64,000 nt of DNA from a bacterium (GTDB taxonomy: Bacteria > Patescibacteriota > Minisyncoccia > Phycocordibacterales > JBBTRF01): assembly GCA_037130265.1 (NCBI GenBank), contig JBAXTI010000001.1:171086-235085 (forward strand). Reading direction: 5' to 3'. Below are positions 37,658 to 45,758 of this stretch, in pieces. The position numbers were made by a program, and so were the translations under genes. The notes under the pieces are model-generated. The model saw nothing but the letters and a program-made list of their open reading frames with translations, was not told where the DNA came from and searched no databases. Every line of letters starts with the position of its first letter. Position 1 is the first letter of the stretch.

Positions 37658-37731
37658 AACTTGATATCGCAATTTGCGATATCAAAGATTGGATGAGGTG
37701 GTCGTCGTAAATTACCCTATGTTTTCACCGA
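37658..37731 (+). pseudogene. Silent paralogous ORF6N fragment with an alternative palindrome
   Basis: Translates NLISQFAISKIG*GGRRKLPYVFT versus in-gene NLRSQIVTSKIGRGGNRYLPYVFT; ungapped, same frame; palindrome TTGATATCGCAA-T-TTGCGATATCAA at 37661-37685. Confidence 0.85.
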
Positions 37732-37733
37732 TG

Positions 37734-38258
37734 TTAAAACCAATCCTTCTTTAAAAATTTAGAAAGAGCCACAACTGTCGGCTGAAAATAGAGATCCATT
37801 TTATTGACCGCATCGTTCGTGAGCAAGCTGACGAAACCTCCGTTGTGTTTGATGTCATCTGTGGAATACGTGGTGTCCACGGCAGTGGCGAGAGGTGCCC
37901 CCTCTCTAACCTTGGCTGCGACGACTTCAGGTATCGGGAAGGTTACTCCCCAGCTCATTGATCGACGACCTCCCTTGTCCTCGATTATTACGCAGGATAT
38001 TTCCTCCATTCCATTCACAGTCTCGCGGACTCCGCCCTCCATGGCTACAAAATAATCAGCCGTCGAATCCTCGACCTTCATTTTATTTATCGAATTGATA
38101 ATTTGCTCGAGCAGCGCTTCTTCGCCGACAGGCTCAGCACCCTGATCTTCGAAATTGAAAGACTTGATTATTGGAGTAGAGCCTGGAAATAATTTTGAGA
38201 TTGAATTAACGACGACAGCCTCCTTCGTCTTGCTCTTTGACGCTAGGGCGATTTTCAT
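37734..38258 (-). CDS. Non-canonical purine NTP phosphatase (YjjX/DUF84-like)
   Basis: KIALASKSKTK, EPVG, VAMEGG, GGFVSLLT. Confidence 0.75.
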   Translation of the reverse strand: MKIALASKSKTKEAVVVNSISKLFPGSTPIIKSFNFEDQGAEPVGEEALLEQIINSINKMKVEDSTADYFVAMEGGVRETVNGMEEISCVIIEDKGGRRSMSWGVTFPIPEVVAAKVREGAPLATAVDTTYSTDDIKHNGGFVSLLTNDAVNKMDLYFQPTVVALSKFLKKDWF

Positions 38259-38779
38259 TATTTTATGTGCTTATGAATAGCTGAAATAATCTCGTCGAGG
38301 ATACTGTCGACGGACTTACCCTCTGTGGTTACGATATGGTCCGCGTATCCTCGATAGAGAGGCTGTCTCTCATCCCAAATACTCTTAAGTCCGCGTTCGG
38401 ATAGGCCGAAGACCGCTTTCGGTGCGTTCTTTGATCTCGCATCGATAGTGTTGAAGGGGGTGTCCAGGAAAACGGTGAATGTCGATCGTGTTATCCACCC
38501 GATTGCGTCTTTGTGTAAGATAATGCTTCCCGCGGGAGAAATTACTGCTTTATTTGATGGAACTAGTTCTTTCAGAAAACCATATTCCATATCGCGGAAA
38601 TAATCTGGACCTTTTGAATTCATTACCTCGATAAGAGAGGCTCCTTCATGTTCTTCAACCATGAAATCAAGATCAAGGAAGTTATAGCTGAGTTTATCAG
38701 CGAGCGCTTTGCCAATAGTTGTTTTACCCGACCAAGGCATCCCAATGAGGGTGATTTTATTCAACTTAGAGTCATCCAT
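38258..38779 (-). CDS. aroK: Shikimate kinase-like P-loop kinase
   Basis: LIGMPWSGKTTIG, DLD, G.DYFRDME, ERQPLY. Confidence 0.75.
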   Translation of the reverse strand: MDDSKLNKITLIGMPWSGKTTIGKALADKLSYNFLDLDFMVEEHEGASLIEVMNSKGPDYFRDMEYGFLKELVPSNKAVISPAGSIILHKDAIGWITRSTFTVFLDTPFNTIDARSKNAPKAVFGLSERGLKSIWDERQPLYRGYADHIVTTEGKSVDSILDEIISAIHKHIK

Positions 38780-38877
38780 TCATAGAGTGTAGCTAAAGCA
38801 GGCCTAATTGACAACAAACACTGGTTTCGATTGAGTAACTAGCCTTTTCGCCTGTTTTTGCTAGTATGATTGAGCTT

Positions 38878-40797
38878 ATGGCCACCCCTCTCCAGCGGAT
38901 CCGCAATTTCAGTATTATCGCGCACATCGACCACGGTAAGTCGACGTTGGCTGATCGCATGCTCGAAATCACCCACACCATCGAGGCTCGCAAGATGCGC
39001 GACCAGGTACTCGATAGTATGGAGCTCGAAAAGGAGCGTGGCATCACGATCAAAATGCAGCCGGTCCGCATGGAGTACACCTACCAGGCACCAAAAGGAG
39101 CCGGCGGTACTCTGGATGCGCATATTATTGGGGAAGTGGAAACGCCGGCGGATACCAAGCCGGAAACCTACATTTTGAACCTTATCGATACCCCCGGCCA
39201 CGTGGACTTCTATTACGAGGTATCCCGCGCCCTAAAGGCCGTGGAAGGCTCAATTTTGCTCGTAGATGCCACTCAGGGGGTGCAGGCCCAGACATTGACC
39301 ACCCTCGGTATGGCGCGCGAATCTGGGCTCAAAATCATCCCTGTGGTGAGCAAGGTGGATTCACCATTGGCACGTGTTCCGGAGGTGAAAACTGAGCTCG
39401 CCAAGCTCCTAGGTTGCCACGAAAACGAAGTGCTCGAATGTTCCGGTCGCACTGGAGAGGGTGTCGAAAACCTGCTTCAGGAAGTGATCAGGCGCGTACC
39501 ACCACCGAAGGAAGAATTTCCAGCCGGCAAGATGGCGGATGGTAGCGGGCAGGTTGGGAAGGAGAGTTTTCGTGCGCTCATTTTTGATTTTCAATATTCA
39601 ACACACCGCGGTGTTATCGTGTACGTTCGTGTAACCGACGGTTCGATCTCGAAGAATAGCCAGCTGCTCTTCAATGCGGCCGACCAGAAATTCTTCGCGC
39701 TCGAGGTGGGCGTGTTTCAGCCGGGCGAGCTTGAGAAAGAGTCTATCGGTGCTGGAGAGATCGGCTACATCGTGACCGGCATCAAGCAGCCAGGTATCGC
39801 TTCGGTGGGAGATACAATCACACTCCAAAAGCACCCGTTGCCAGCACTCGCGGGATACATGTCGCCAAAGCCGGTGGTGTGGGCTTCGATCTATCCGGAA
39901 AGCCAGGACGAATTCGTCACTTTGCGCCAGGGCCTTGAGCGTCTCCGACTTTCCGACTCCTCATATACGTTCGAAGAAGAGGCGTCGGGCACGTTGGGGC
40001 GTGGTTTTCGTTGCGGTTTCCTTGGCATGTTGCACCTGGAGATCATCACCGAACGTCTGCGCCGAGAATTCCAGCTTCAGCTCGTGGTGACGACGCCAAG
40101 TATTACCTACGAAGTAACCGACAAGCAGGGCATGACCAAGATGTACTACTCGCCATCGCTTTTTCCCGACTACGGCTTCATCGAAAAAATCCGCGAGCCA
40201 TGGGTGACGATGAATCTCATCAGTCCGTCTGAATATGTTGGTCCAGTGATGCAGCTTTTGTATGATCATGAGGCGAATGTTTTGGCAACACACTCTTTTG
40301 GTGACAACCGAAACTCCGTGGATGTGGAAATGCCGCTGCGCGAGCTAATGCGCAACTTTTTTGATGAGGTGAAGAGTGTGTCTTCGGGCTTTGCATCGAT
40401 GTCGTACACGATTGGAGAATTGCGCGATGCTGATGTGGCACGTCTCGACCTTTTGGTGGCGGGGGAGATTGTTCCGGCGTTCACTCGCGTGGTGGCGAAG
40501 CGCCGCGTGGAGATCGAGGCGGAAAAAGCGGTGGAAAAGCTCCACGCGGCGCTTCCTCGACAGCAATTTGCGACCAAAATTCAGGGCCAGGCACTTGGCC
40601 GCATCATTTCTTCAAAAACTATCTCCGCTTTCCGAAAGGATGTGACAGGACATTTGTATGGTGGTGACGTGAGCCGAAAGAACAAGCTCCTCGACCAACA
40701 GAAAGAAGGCAAGAAACGCATGAAGGAACGTGGCGAGGGAAGCGGCGTGACTATTCCGCAGGATGTGTTTATTAAAATGATGAAGACGGGGGATTAG
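38878..40797 (+). CDS. lepA: Elongation factor 4
   Basis: IAHIDHGKSTLADR, ERGITIK, DTPGHVDF, GFRCGFLGMLH, RKDVT..YGGD. Confidence 0.96.
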   Translation: MATPLQRIRNFSIIAHIDHGKSTLADRMLEITHTIEARKMRDQVLDSMELEKERGITIKMQPVRMEYTYQAPKGAGGTLDAHIIGEVETPADTKPETYILNLIDTPGHVDFYYEVSRALKAVEGSILLVDATQGVQAQTLTTLGMARESGLKIIPVVSKVDSPLARVPEVKTELAKLLGCHENEVLECSGRTGEGVENLLQEVIRRVPPPKEEFPAGKMADGSGQVGKESFRALIFDFQYSTHRGVIVYVRVTDGSISKNSQLLFNAADQKFFALEVGVFQPGELEKESIGAGEIGYIVTGIKQPGIASVGDTITLQKHPLPALAGYMSPKPVVWASIYPESQDEFVTLRQGLERLRLSDSSYTFEEEASGTLGRGFRCGFLGMLHLEIITERLRREFQLQLVVTTPSITYEVTDKQGMTKMYYSPSLFPDYGFIEKIREPWVTMNLISPSEYVGPVMQLLYDHEANVLATHSFGDNRNSVDVEMPLRELMRNFFDEVKSVSSGFASMSYTIGELRDADVARLDLLVAGEIVPAFTRVVAKRRVEIEAEKAVEKLHAALPRQQFATKIQGQALGRIISSKTISAFRKDVTGHLYGGDVSRKNKLLDQQKEGKKRMKERGEGSGVTIPQDVFIKMMKTGD

Positions 40798-40901
40798 TAG
40801 GAAGATGGCGCGGAATAGTGGCAAAAATTGCCGTTTTGTACTAGGATAAAGGAGTCCGCGGTTCTTTGTTTTCAATTCAACTCTCAACCCCCTTCTGTTA
40901 T

Positions 40902-41057
40902 ATGCCTCGTGCCTCTGCTTCGCTCGGTGCGGTTGTCGAAAGGGAAAAGCGGGCCTCCATCTGGGCCTGGCCGATTCTCACAGTTGCCTTCATCGTCTTT
41001 GGTATCGCCAAACTGGTCATTGGTTTCATTGGCCTCTTCTACAGGACATCAAAGTGA
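40902..41057 (+). CDS. Small single-TM protein, 51 aa
   Basis: MPRASASLGAVVEREKRASIWAWPILTVAFIVFGIAKLVIGFIGLFYRTSK; ends before a bidirectional terminator. Confidence 0.45.
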   Translation: MPRASASLGAVVEREKRASIWAWPILTVAFIVFGIAKLVIGFIGLFYRTSK

Positions 41058-41091
41058 TGGTGGTATCAGGTCGTCCCTTCAATCCGTCGTC

Positions 41092-41135
41092 GGAAACAAA
41101 AAACAGGGACCTTCGAGGTACCTGTTTTCTTTTCC
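41092..41135. terminator. Bidirectional terminator
   Basis: AAAACAGG..ACC-TTCGA-GGT..CCTGTTTT between convergent small ORFs. Confidence 0.6.
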
Positions 41136-41157
41136 CCCGTTTTTATTTATACGAGTA

Positions 41158-41268
41158 TTAGGCTCGGAGCGATGGGATGTACAGCAAGATCATGCTGATG
41201 ATGATGAGCGCGCAGAGCACGCCCCAGACGATTCCTACTTTTCTGCGGTGTTTTGGGTCGAATAGCAT
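41158..41268 (-). CDS. Small membrane protein, 36 aa (below ORF-track cutoff)
   Basis: MLFDPKHRRKVGIVWGVLCALIIISMILLYIPSLRA; basic N-terminus plus one TM. Confidence 0.65.
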   Translation of the reverse strand: MLFDPKHRRKVGIVWGVLCALIIISMILLYIPSLRA

Positions 41269-41298
41269 GGTATTTTTTGATATACTGCATCATATCAT

Positions 41299-41685
41299 AT
41301 GAGGGAATTTAGGCAAAAAAGACAGTTTCGAGAAATGGTGTATTCGAGGCCGGCCTTGCTCGTGTTGTTGGTGGTGCTGTTTCTCACCGCCCGCGCCGCC
41401 TACAATGTATATGGCAAAGAGACCGAGAGTCGTGATCGGGCGACGCGGGCGCGGACCGAGCTTCGCAATCTCCAGCAGCGCAAAATCGAGGTCGCTAAGG
41501 CGATTGAACAGCTCAATACAAAAGAAGGCATGGAGCGCGAGATTCGTAACAGTTTTCGAGTGGCCAAACCAGGCGAACATTTGGTAGTATTGGTGGACCC
41601 GCCAAAGAGCGAAGATGTGGTGGTACCGGATAGTCTTGTTTCTGGCTTGTGGAAGAAAGTGAAGGGTTTATTTGGGGCGGAATAG
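41299..41685 (+). CDS. Septum formation initiator (FtsB/DivIC-like)
   Basis: TM + coiled coil + EREIR..F.VAKPGE. Confidence 0.8.
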   Translation: MREFRQKRQFREMVYSRPALLVLLVVLFLTARAAYNVYGKETESRDRATRARTELRNLQQRKIEVAKAIEQLNTKEGMEREIRNSFRVAKPGEHLVVLVDPPKSEDVVVPDSLVSGLWKKVKGLFGAE

Positions 41686-41692
41686 TGAATAT

Positions 41693-41763
41693 GCGGGTAT
41701 GGTTTAGTGGTAGAATGCGACCTTCCCAAGGTTGAGACCTGAGTTCGATTCTCAGTACCCGCA
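41693..41763 (+). tRNA. tRNA-Gly(CCC)
   Basis: GCGGGTA/TACCCGC acceptor, CGACC-TT-CCC-AA-GGTTG, AGTTCGATTCT; CCA not encoded. Confidence 0.95.
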
Positions 41764-41917
41764 CAAACAACAAACGCCCCGAAAGGGGCTTTGTTTGTGC
41801 GGGTAAGTAAGTGCCTTGAGGCACTTACGTCTGAGAATCGAAAGGCTTTTCCTTATCGAATGAGTGAAGCGAAATGAGATGGAAAAGCACCTGGCTACGT
41901 AGTAGCCGATTCTCAGT
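41764..41917 (+). repeat. tRNA-matched structured trailer element (Gly copy)
   Basis: GCGGGTA-A-hairpin-GT-CTGAGAATCGAA antisense to tRNA-Gly 3' end; GGCTAC-GTA-GTAGCC; ends in CGATTCTCAGT duplicate of the T arm. Confidence 0.75.
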
Positions 41918-41973
41918 TGCCTTCACCGTTACAAAAGCGGTATACTTACCCTCACCAACTAACCACCACCAAA

Positions 41974-42207
41974 ATGAAAACCGTCACTATCTACTCAACA
42001 CCAACTTGTCACTACTGCACTCTCGCAAAAGACTTCATGAAGTCGAATGGTATCTCGTACACCGAGCACAACGTTGCTAGTGACCTCGCTAAGCGCAAGG
42101 AGATGGTAGATAAGAGTGGGCAGATGGGTGTGCCAGTGATCGATGTCGACGGCAGCATCATGGTGGGCTTCGATAAGTCAGCCCTCGCTAAGTCTCTTGG
42201 TATCTAA
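41974..42207 (+). CDS. Glutaredoxin-like (NrdH/YruB) protein
   Basis: YSTPTCHYC, SGQMGVPVI, VGFD. Confidence 0.9.
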   Translation: MKTVTIYSTPTCHYCTLAKDFMKSNGISYTEHNVASDLAKRKEMVDKSGQMGVPVIDVDGSIMVGFDKSALAKSLGI

Positions 42208-43216
42208 ACACCGCAAACAGAATACGCAAACGTTTCGAGCTCTCTCGATCGCTACACTTTTGCTTGCCGGCACTGCTATTTTCCTTTTTGCAAGAACCTC
42301 TGTCGTGAAGGAGGTCTCTGTCGGTGTCGCCACGGGACGCTTTGTTCGTATTTCCGGAGTTGATTATGGCCAGGCTTCGGTGTTTTCTGTACCAAGCGTC
42401 GATTTGGTTGCCCTGCGGAAGCGATATCAGCTTGCCACCAGCCCTGGCGCAGAAAAGGTGAGAGTTCTGATTGTACCCGGCCACGAACCTGGTTTTGGCG
42501 GAGCAGAATACAAAGATCTCAAGGAGCGCGAGATGAATATCGAGCTTGCCAACAAACTCCAGGCACTTTTTCAAGCCGACACGCATTACGAAGTGTCCGT
42601 TGCACGCAGCGGCAGTGATTGGTTACCATCGTTGAAAGAATTTTTCGTCACCAAATGGGACGATATTGTCGTATTCCAGACGGCAAAGCGAAAGGAGATG
42701 AAGAGTCTGTTGGTGGCAGGCAGTGCGACTAAAGTGTCTAGTGCGCCACACTCAAACGCACTCGCCGCCGTGGCGACCCGACTCTATGGGATCAACAAAT
42801 GGGCCAATGACCACAAGATCGACATCGCAATCCACGTACACTTCAATGAATATCCGCGCACAAATGCCACCAAGCCAGGCATTTACAACGGCTTTGCCAT
42901 ATATGTTCCCGAAGCACAATTTTCCAACGCTCCAGCGGCCAAGGAGGTGGCGCAGCGAGTCTTCCGCAGACTATCAAGTGTGGCGCGCCAAAGCAATTAT
43001 CCTTATGAAGCTGATGGGGTAGTGGAAGATCAGGCACTGATTGCGGTCGGGGCAAATAATTCTGTCGACGCCGCCAGTATGCTTATCGAGTACGGCTATA
43101 TCTATGAGCCACAATTCGCCACGGAGGCGAAAAGGCAGCCGGTCTTCACCGACTATGCCGCTACCACCTACGCCGGCGTCAAAGATTTCTTCGAAGGGGT
43201 TTCCGTGGTACAGTGA
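42197..43216 (+). CDS. N-acetylmuramoyl-L-alanine amidase (Amidase_3-like); start uncertain
   Basis: LIVPGH, KEREMN, IHVHFN, LIEYGYI zinc-ligand motifs; N-terminal TM. Confidence 0.8.
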   Translation: MVSKHRKQNTQTFRALSIATLLLAGTAIFLFARTSVVKEVSVGVATGRFVRISGVDYGQASVFSVPSVDLVALRKRYQLATSPGAEKVRVLIVPGHEPGFGGAEYKDLKEREMNIELANKLQALFQADTHYEVSVARSGSDWLPSLKEFFVTKWDDIVVFQTAKRKEMKSLLVAGSATKVSSAPHSNALAAVATRLYGINKWANDHKIDIAIHVHFNEYPRTNATKPGIYNGFAIYVPEAQFSNAPAAKEVAQRVFRRLSSVARQSNYPYEADGVVEDQALIAVGANNSVDAASMLIEYGYIYEPQFATEAKRQPVFTDYAATTYAGVKDFFEGVSVVQ

Positions 43217-43260
43217 TTTTGCTCAATATCCTTGAGCTTCGCCCTGTCTCGCGCTGTATC

Positions 43261-43335
43261 GCCCCTGTAGTTCAATGGATAGAATGGCTCACTCCTAACG
43301 AGCTGATCCAGGTTCGATTCCTGGCAAGGGCACCA
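43261..43335 (+). tRNA. tRNA-Arg(CCT)
   Basis: GCCCCTG/CAAGGGC acceptor, CT-CCT-AA loop, GGTTCGATTCC, CCA. Confidence 0.92.
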
Positions 43336-43379
43336 GAAACTCTTTGACTTTTCCTTTTCGTGCAGTAATACCATACTAT

Positions 43380-43414
43380 TTGACATATATATCTAATAAA
43401 TATATGATATATAC
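43380..43414 (+). promoter_or_regulatory. Sigma70 promoter of TA operon with overlapping inverted repeat
   Basis: TTGACA-17-TATGAT, 6 nt before ATG; ATATATC..GATATAT inverted repeat as candidate operator. Confidence 0.7.
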
Positions 43415-43690
43415 ATGACTACGCAGGTAATATTCAATATTGACAAAAACCTGAAAGATCGGGCCATGAAGAAGGCCCGAAGCGAGGGTTTGCCTTTTGG
43501 AGTTGTGCTCAAGCTTGCCACCAAAGCCTTCGTTGACGGCACTCTTGGAGTTAATCTCGTTCCGAGCAAGTCTGTTAATGTTCGTGCGGAGAAATCTATC
43601 AACAAGGTGCTCAAGGATGTTAAGGAGGGTAAAAATCTTTCTCCCCGTTTCACCACGGCTAAAGAGGCTATCACCTATCTCAAAGACTAG
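43415..43690 (+). CDS. Type II antitoxin (RelB/DinJ-like)
   Basis: RHH-like N-terminus (TQVIFNIDKNLK), C-terminal SPRFTTAKEAITYL; directly upstream of a RelE-like gene. Confidence 0.75.
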   Translation: MTTQVIFNIDKNLKDRAMKKARSEGLPFGVVLKLATKAFVDGTLGVNLVPSKSVNVRAEKSINKVLKDVKEGKNLSPRFTTAKEAITYLKD

Positions 43691-43695
43691 ACTTC

Positions 43696-43951
43696 ATGGA
43701 GATTGTTTTTCACAGACAATTTAAGAAGAAGTTGAAGAAACTTCCATCAAAAGTGCGGCATCAGTTCTATAAACGTCTCGAGCTTTTTATAGAAGACCAG
43801 AACAACCCCGTGCTCAATAATCATTCAGTGGACAGTGTTTTTTGCTGATTGTGTAAGCATTAATGTGACAGGGGATTACCGCGCGATCTTTAAAAAGGCA
43901 GAAGGGTTTGTCACTTTCATAATGATCGGCACTCATTCCGATTTGTACTAA
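43696..43951 (+). pseudogene. RelE/YafQ-family toxin, frameshifted at T6 (43838-43843)
   Basis: MEIVFHRQFKKKLKKLP..LNNHSV then, after removing one T, SINVTGDYRAIF..IGTHSDLY*. Confidence 0.85.
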
Positions 43952-44044
43952 GGTGACGGCCGTGTCCTCGAACGAATTTGCTCGGCCGTCTTGGTTTTGA
44001 CTTGGTTTTTGCCCGTTTTTCGCATTTCTGCTATACTCTTTTGC

Positions 44045-44314
44045 ATGAGTCCGGAGGATCGAAAATTGCTTGAAAAGACGTATGATCTCGCCAAAGAGAA
44101 TCATGAAATGCTCACTTCGATGCGCCGGTCTCAGCTCATTGGCCGATTTGCCAAGATTGCATACTGGGTTCTGATCATCGCGCTCAGCTCCTTCGCTTTG
44201 CAGGCTATTCAGCCGTATTATGAGCAGCTGCAAGGCATTGCTGGTACTGCAAAAAACCTCACTGGCGGGGCAACATCGAATTACAGCTCGCTGATCAAGG
44301 ATCTCACGAATTAA
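44045..44314 (+). CDS. Hypothetical membrane protein
   Basis: MSPEDRKLLEKTYDLAKENHEML..one TM; TATACT 7 nt upstream. Confidence 0.75.
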   Translation: MSPEDRKLLEKTYDLAKENHEMLTSMRRSQLIGRFAKIAYWVLIIALSSFALQAIQPYYEQLQGIAGTAKNLTGGATSNYSSLIKDLTN

Positions 44315-44339
44315 CATTTCGCGCGCGGGCGCACACCAT

Positions 44340-44415
44340 GCTTGGGTAGCTCAGTTGGTAGAGCATTCCCCTGAAGAGGGAAGGGTCACCAGTTCAAATC
44401 TGGTCCCAAGCACCA
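44340..44415 (+). tRNA. tRNA-Phe(GAA)
   Basis: GCTTGGG/CCCAAGC acceptor, TTCCC-CT-GAA-GA-GGGAA, GTTCAAATC, CCA. Confidence 0.95.
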
Positions 44416-44426
44416 CGAAGTGTCTA

Positions 44427-44468
44427 AAAAGCAAAAAGCGCGACCCTCAGGTCGCGCTTTTTGCTTTT
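44427..44468. terminator. Bidirectional terminator
   Basis: AAAAGCAAAAAGCGCGACC-CTCA-GGTCGCGCTTTTTGCTTTT between tRNA-Phe and hsp20. Confidence 0.8.
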
Positions 44469-44472
44469 GTTT

Positions 44473-44961
44473 TTAATTCCCCGACTTCACCTTCAGCTTC
44501 GTCTGTCGAGACTTGTCGATCTTCGGGAGTCGGATGGTGAGTAATCCGAGCTTCTCGCCGGCTTCGGCACCCTCTACATCGATCTCCTGTGGGAGCAAAA
44601 TGGTTCGAGAGAAAGAACCCCAATATAATTCACGGAAAAAGTAGTCGTCTTCAGCAATCTCACGGCTCGCGTCGCGCTTGCCCTTGATTGTCACCATGTC
44701 GCGGGTGATAGAGATATCGAGATCGTCCACCTTGGTGCCCGGAATAAGGGTCTTGATGAAGATATCGGTAGGGGTCTGGTACACATCCACGGGAAGCTGA
44801 CCTTCAGCATTCTCTTCTGCCCATTCGTCGCTTTTGGTGGCACCTGAACGGCCCTCAGAGCCATGGGTAGTCACTTTGCGAGGGGTTGCTGGCTCGAGAT
44901 CGTCCTCAACGTGTACGGCGCCGGTGAGTTTCTCAAAAAATGATCGCTTTTCTTTTGCCAT
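44473..44961 (-). CDS. Hsp20/alpha-crystallin small heat-shock protein
   Basis: PVDVYQT, ELYWGSFSRTILLP, GLLTIRLPK. Confidence 0.92.
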   Translation of the reverse strand: MAKEKRSFFEKLTGAVHVEDDLEPATPRKVTTHGSEGRSGATKSDEWAEENAEGQLPVDVYQTPTDIFIKTLIPGTKVDDLDISITRDMVTIKGKRDASREIAEDDYFFRELYWGSFSRTILLPQEIDVEGAEAGEKLGLLTIRLPKIDKSRQTKLKVKSGN

Positions 44962-45017
44962 GGGATTAATATTTGAATTGATTATTGAAAATGTTTTTTC
45001 GATGTGTCCGGCAAGTG

Positions 45018-45707
45018 CTACTCTGTCGGCTCAACACGCTTCACTTTCTCAAAAAAGAGCGCCAAGACGATGACCGACATCCACACTCCGAAGAATACTC
45101 CGAACGCGCCCATTCCTGTAGTGTTCATTATAAGGAGATTGAAGGTTGAATGCAACGCAGTAGCGATGAGGATTCCTGCGACGAGATGAAGCATTTTGCT
45201 CGACCAACTTTTGTAGAAAGCCAAACCGAGGCTAATACCCACTGCAGACGAACAGACGAGGTGCACGAGCGTGGCACCGACGAAACGGAGGTTTGAGGTC
45301 ACGAAGCCTGTGTATAAGTCGCCGATCATGGCAGGTTTGATGATGAAAAGCACATTTTCTAGTGCAGCAAAGCCAAGAGCGGCAGTGAGCATAAACATCA
45401 CCGGGTCGATCGGTTCGTTGTTGGCCTTTTTGGTCATCGCTGTGTAGTAGCCGGCGAGGAATTTTAGCGTTTCCTCAATGAGGGCCCAGAGGATGATCAC
45501 TGTCGCGGCATCCGCCACCGTGCTTTTGACAAAACTTTGGAGGGGTATTACGAGTGGCACGGCAATCATGCCACCGATAAAGGCAGTGAGGATGAGTCGG
45601 CGAGGTTCAGGATGAGCGTCTTCTTTTAACCAAAGCTTCAGCCAAATGAGCGGGGGAAGGATGCCTGCAAGAAGGGTCAAAAAAAGATGGAGCGGCGGCA
45701 GATTCAT
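45018..45707 (-). CDS. prsW: PrsW family intramembrane protease
   Basis: IEETLK, ALGFAALEN, VH, LHSTFN motifs. Confidence 0.88.
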   Translation of the reverse strand: MNLPPLHLFLTLLAGILPPLIWLKLWLKEDAHPEPRRLILTAFIGGMIAVPLVIPLQSFVKSTVADAATVIILWALIEETLKFLAGYYTAMTKKANNEPIDPVMFMLTAALGFAALENVLFIIKPAMIGDLYTGFVTSNLRFVGATLVHLVCSSAVGISLGLAFYKSWSSKMLHLVAGILIATALHSTFNLLIMNTTGMGAFGVFFGVWMSVIVLALFFEKVKRVEPTE

Positions 45708-45758
45708 GCCACAATTATATCACCCGTCGTCGCACTGCCTTTGTGGACGGAGCGGCAG

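Noticed and set aside
37655-37696. Two in-frame TGA codons around the ORF6N relic suggesting TGA recoding (code 4 or 25)
   Set aside because: Many intact genes here end in TGA at expected positions and no conserved gene has internal TGA; the second TGA aligns with an Arg codon and fits a CGA>TGA change.
41829-41917. CTGAGA..CGAAA as a hammerhead ribozyme core
   Set aside because: No CUGANGA-stem II-GAAA arrangement; these bases are explained as antisense to the tRNA-Gly T arm and differ in the Ser copies.
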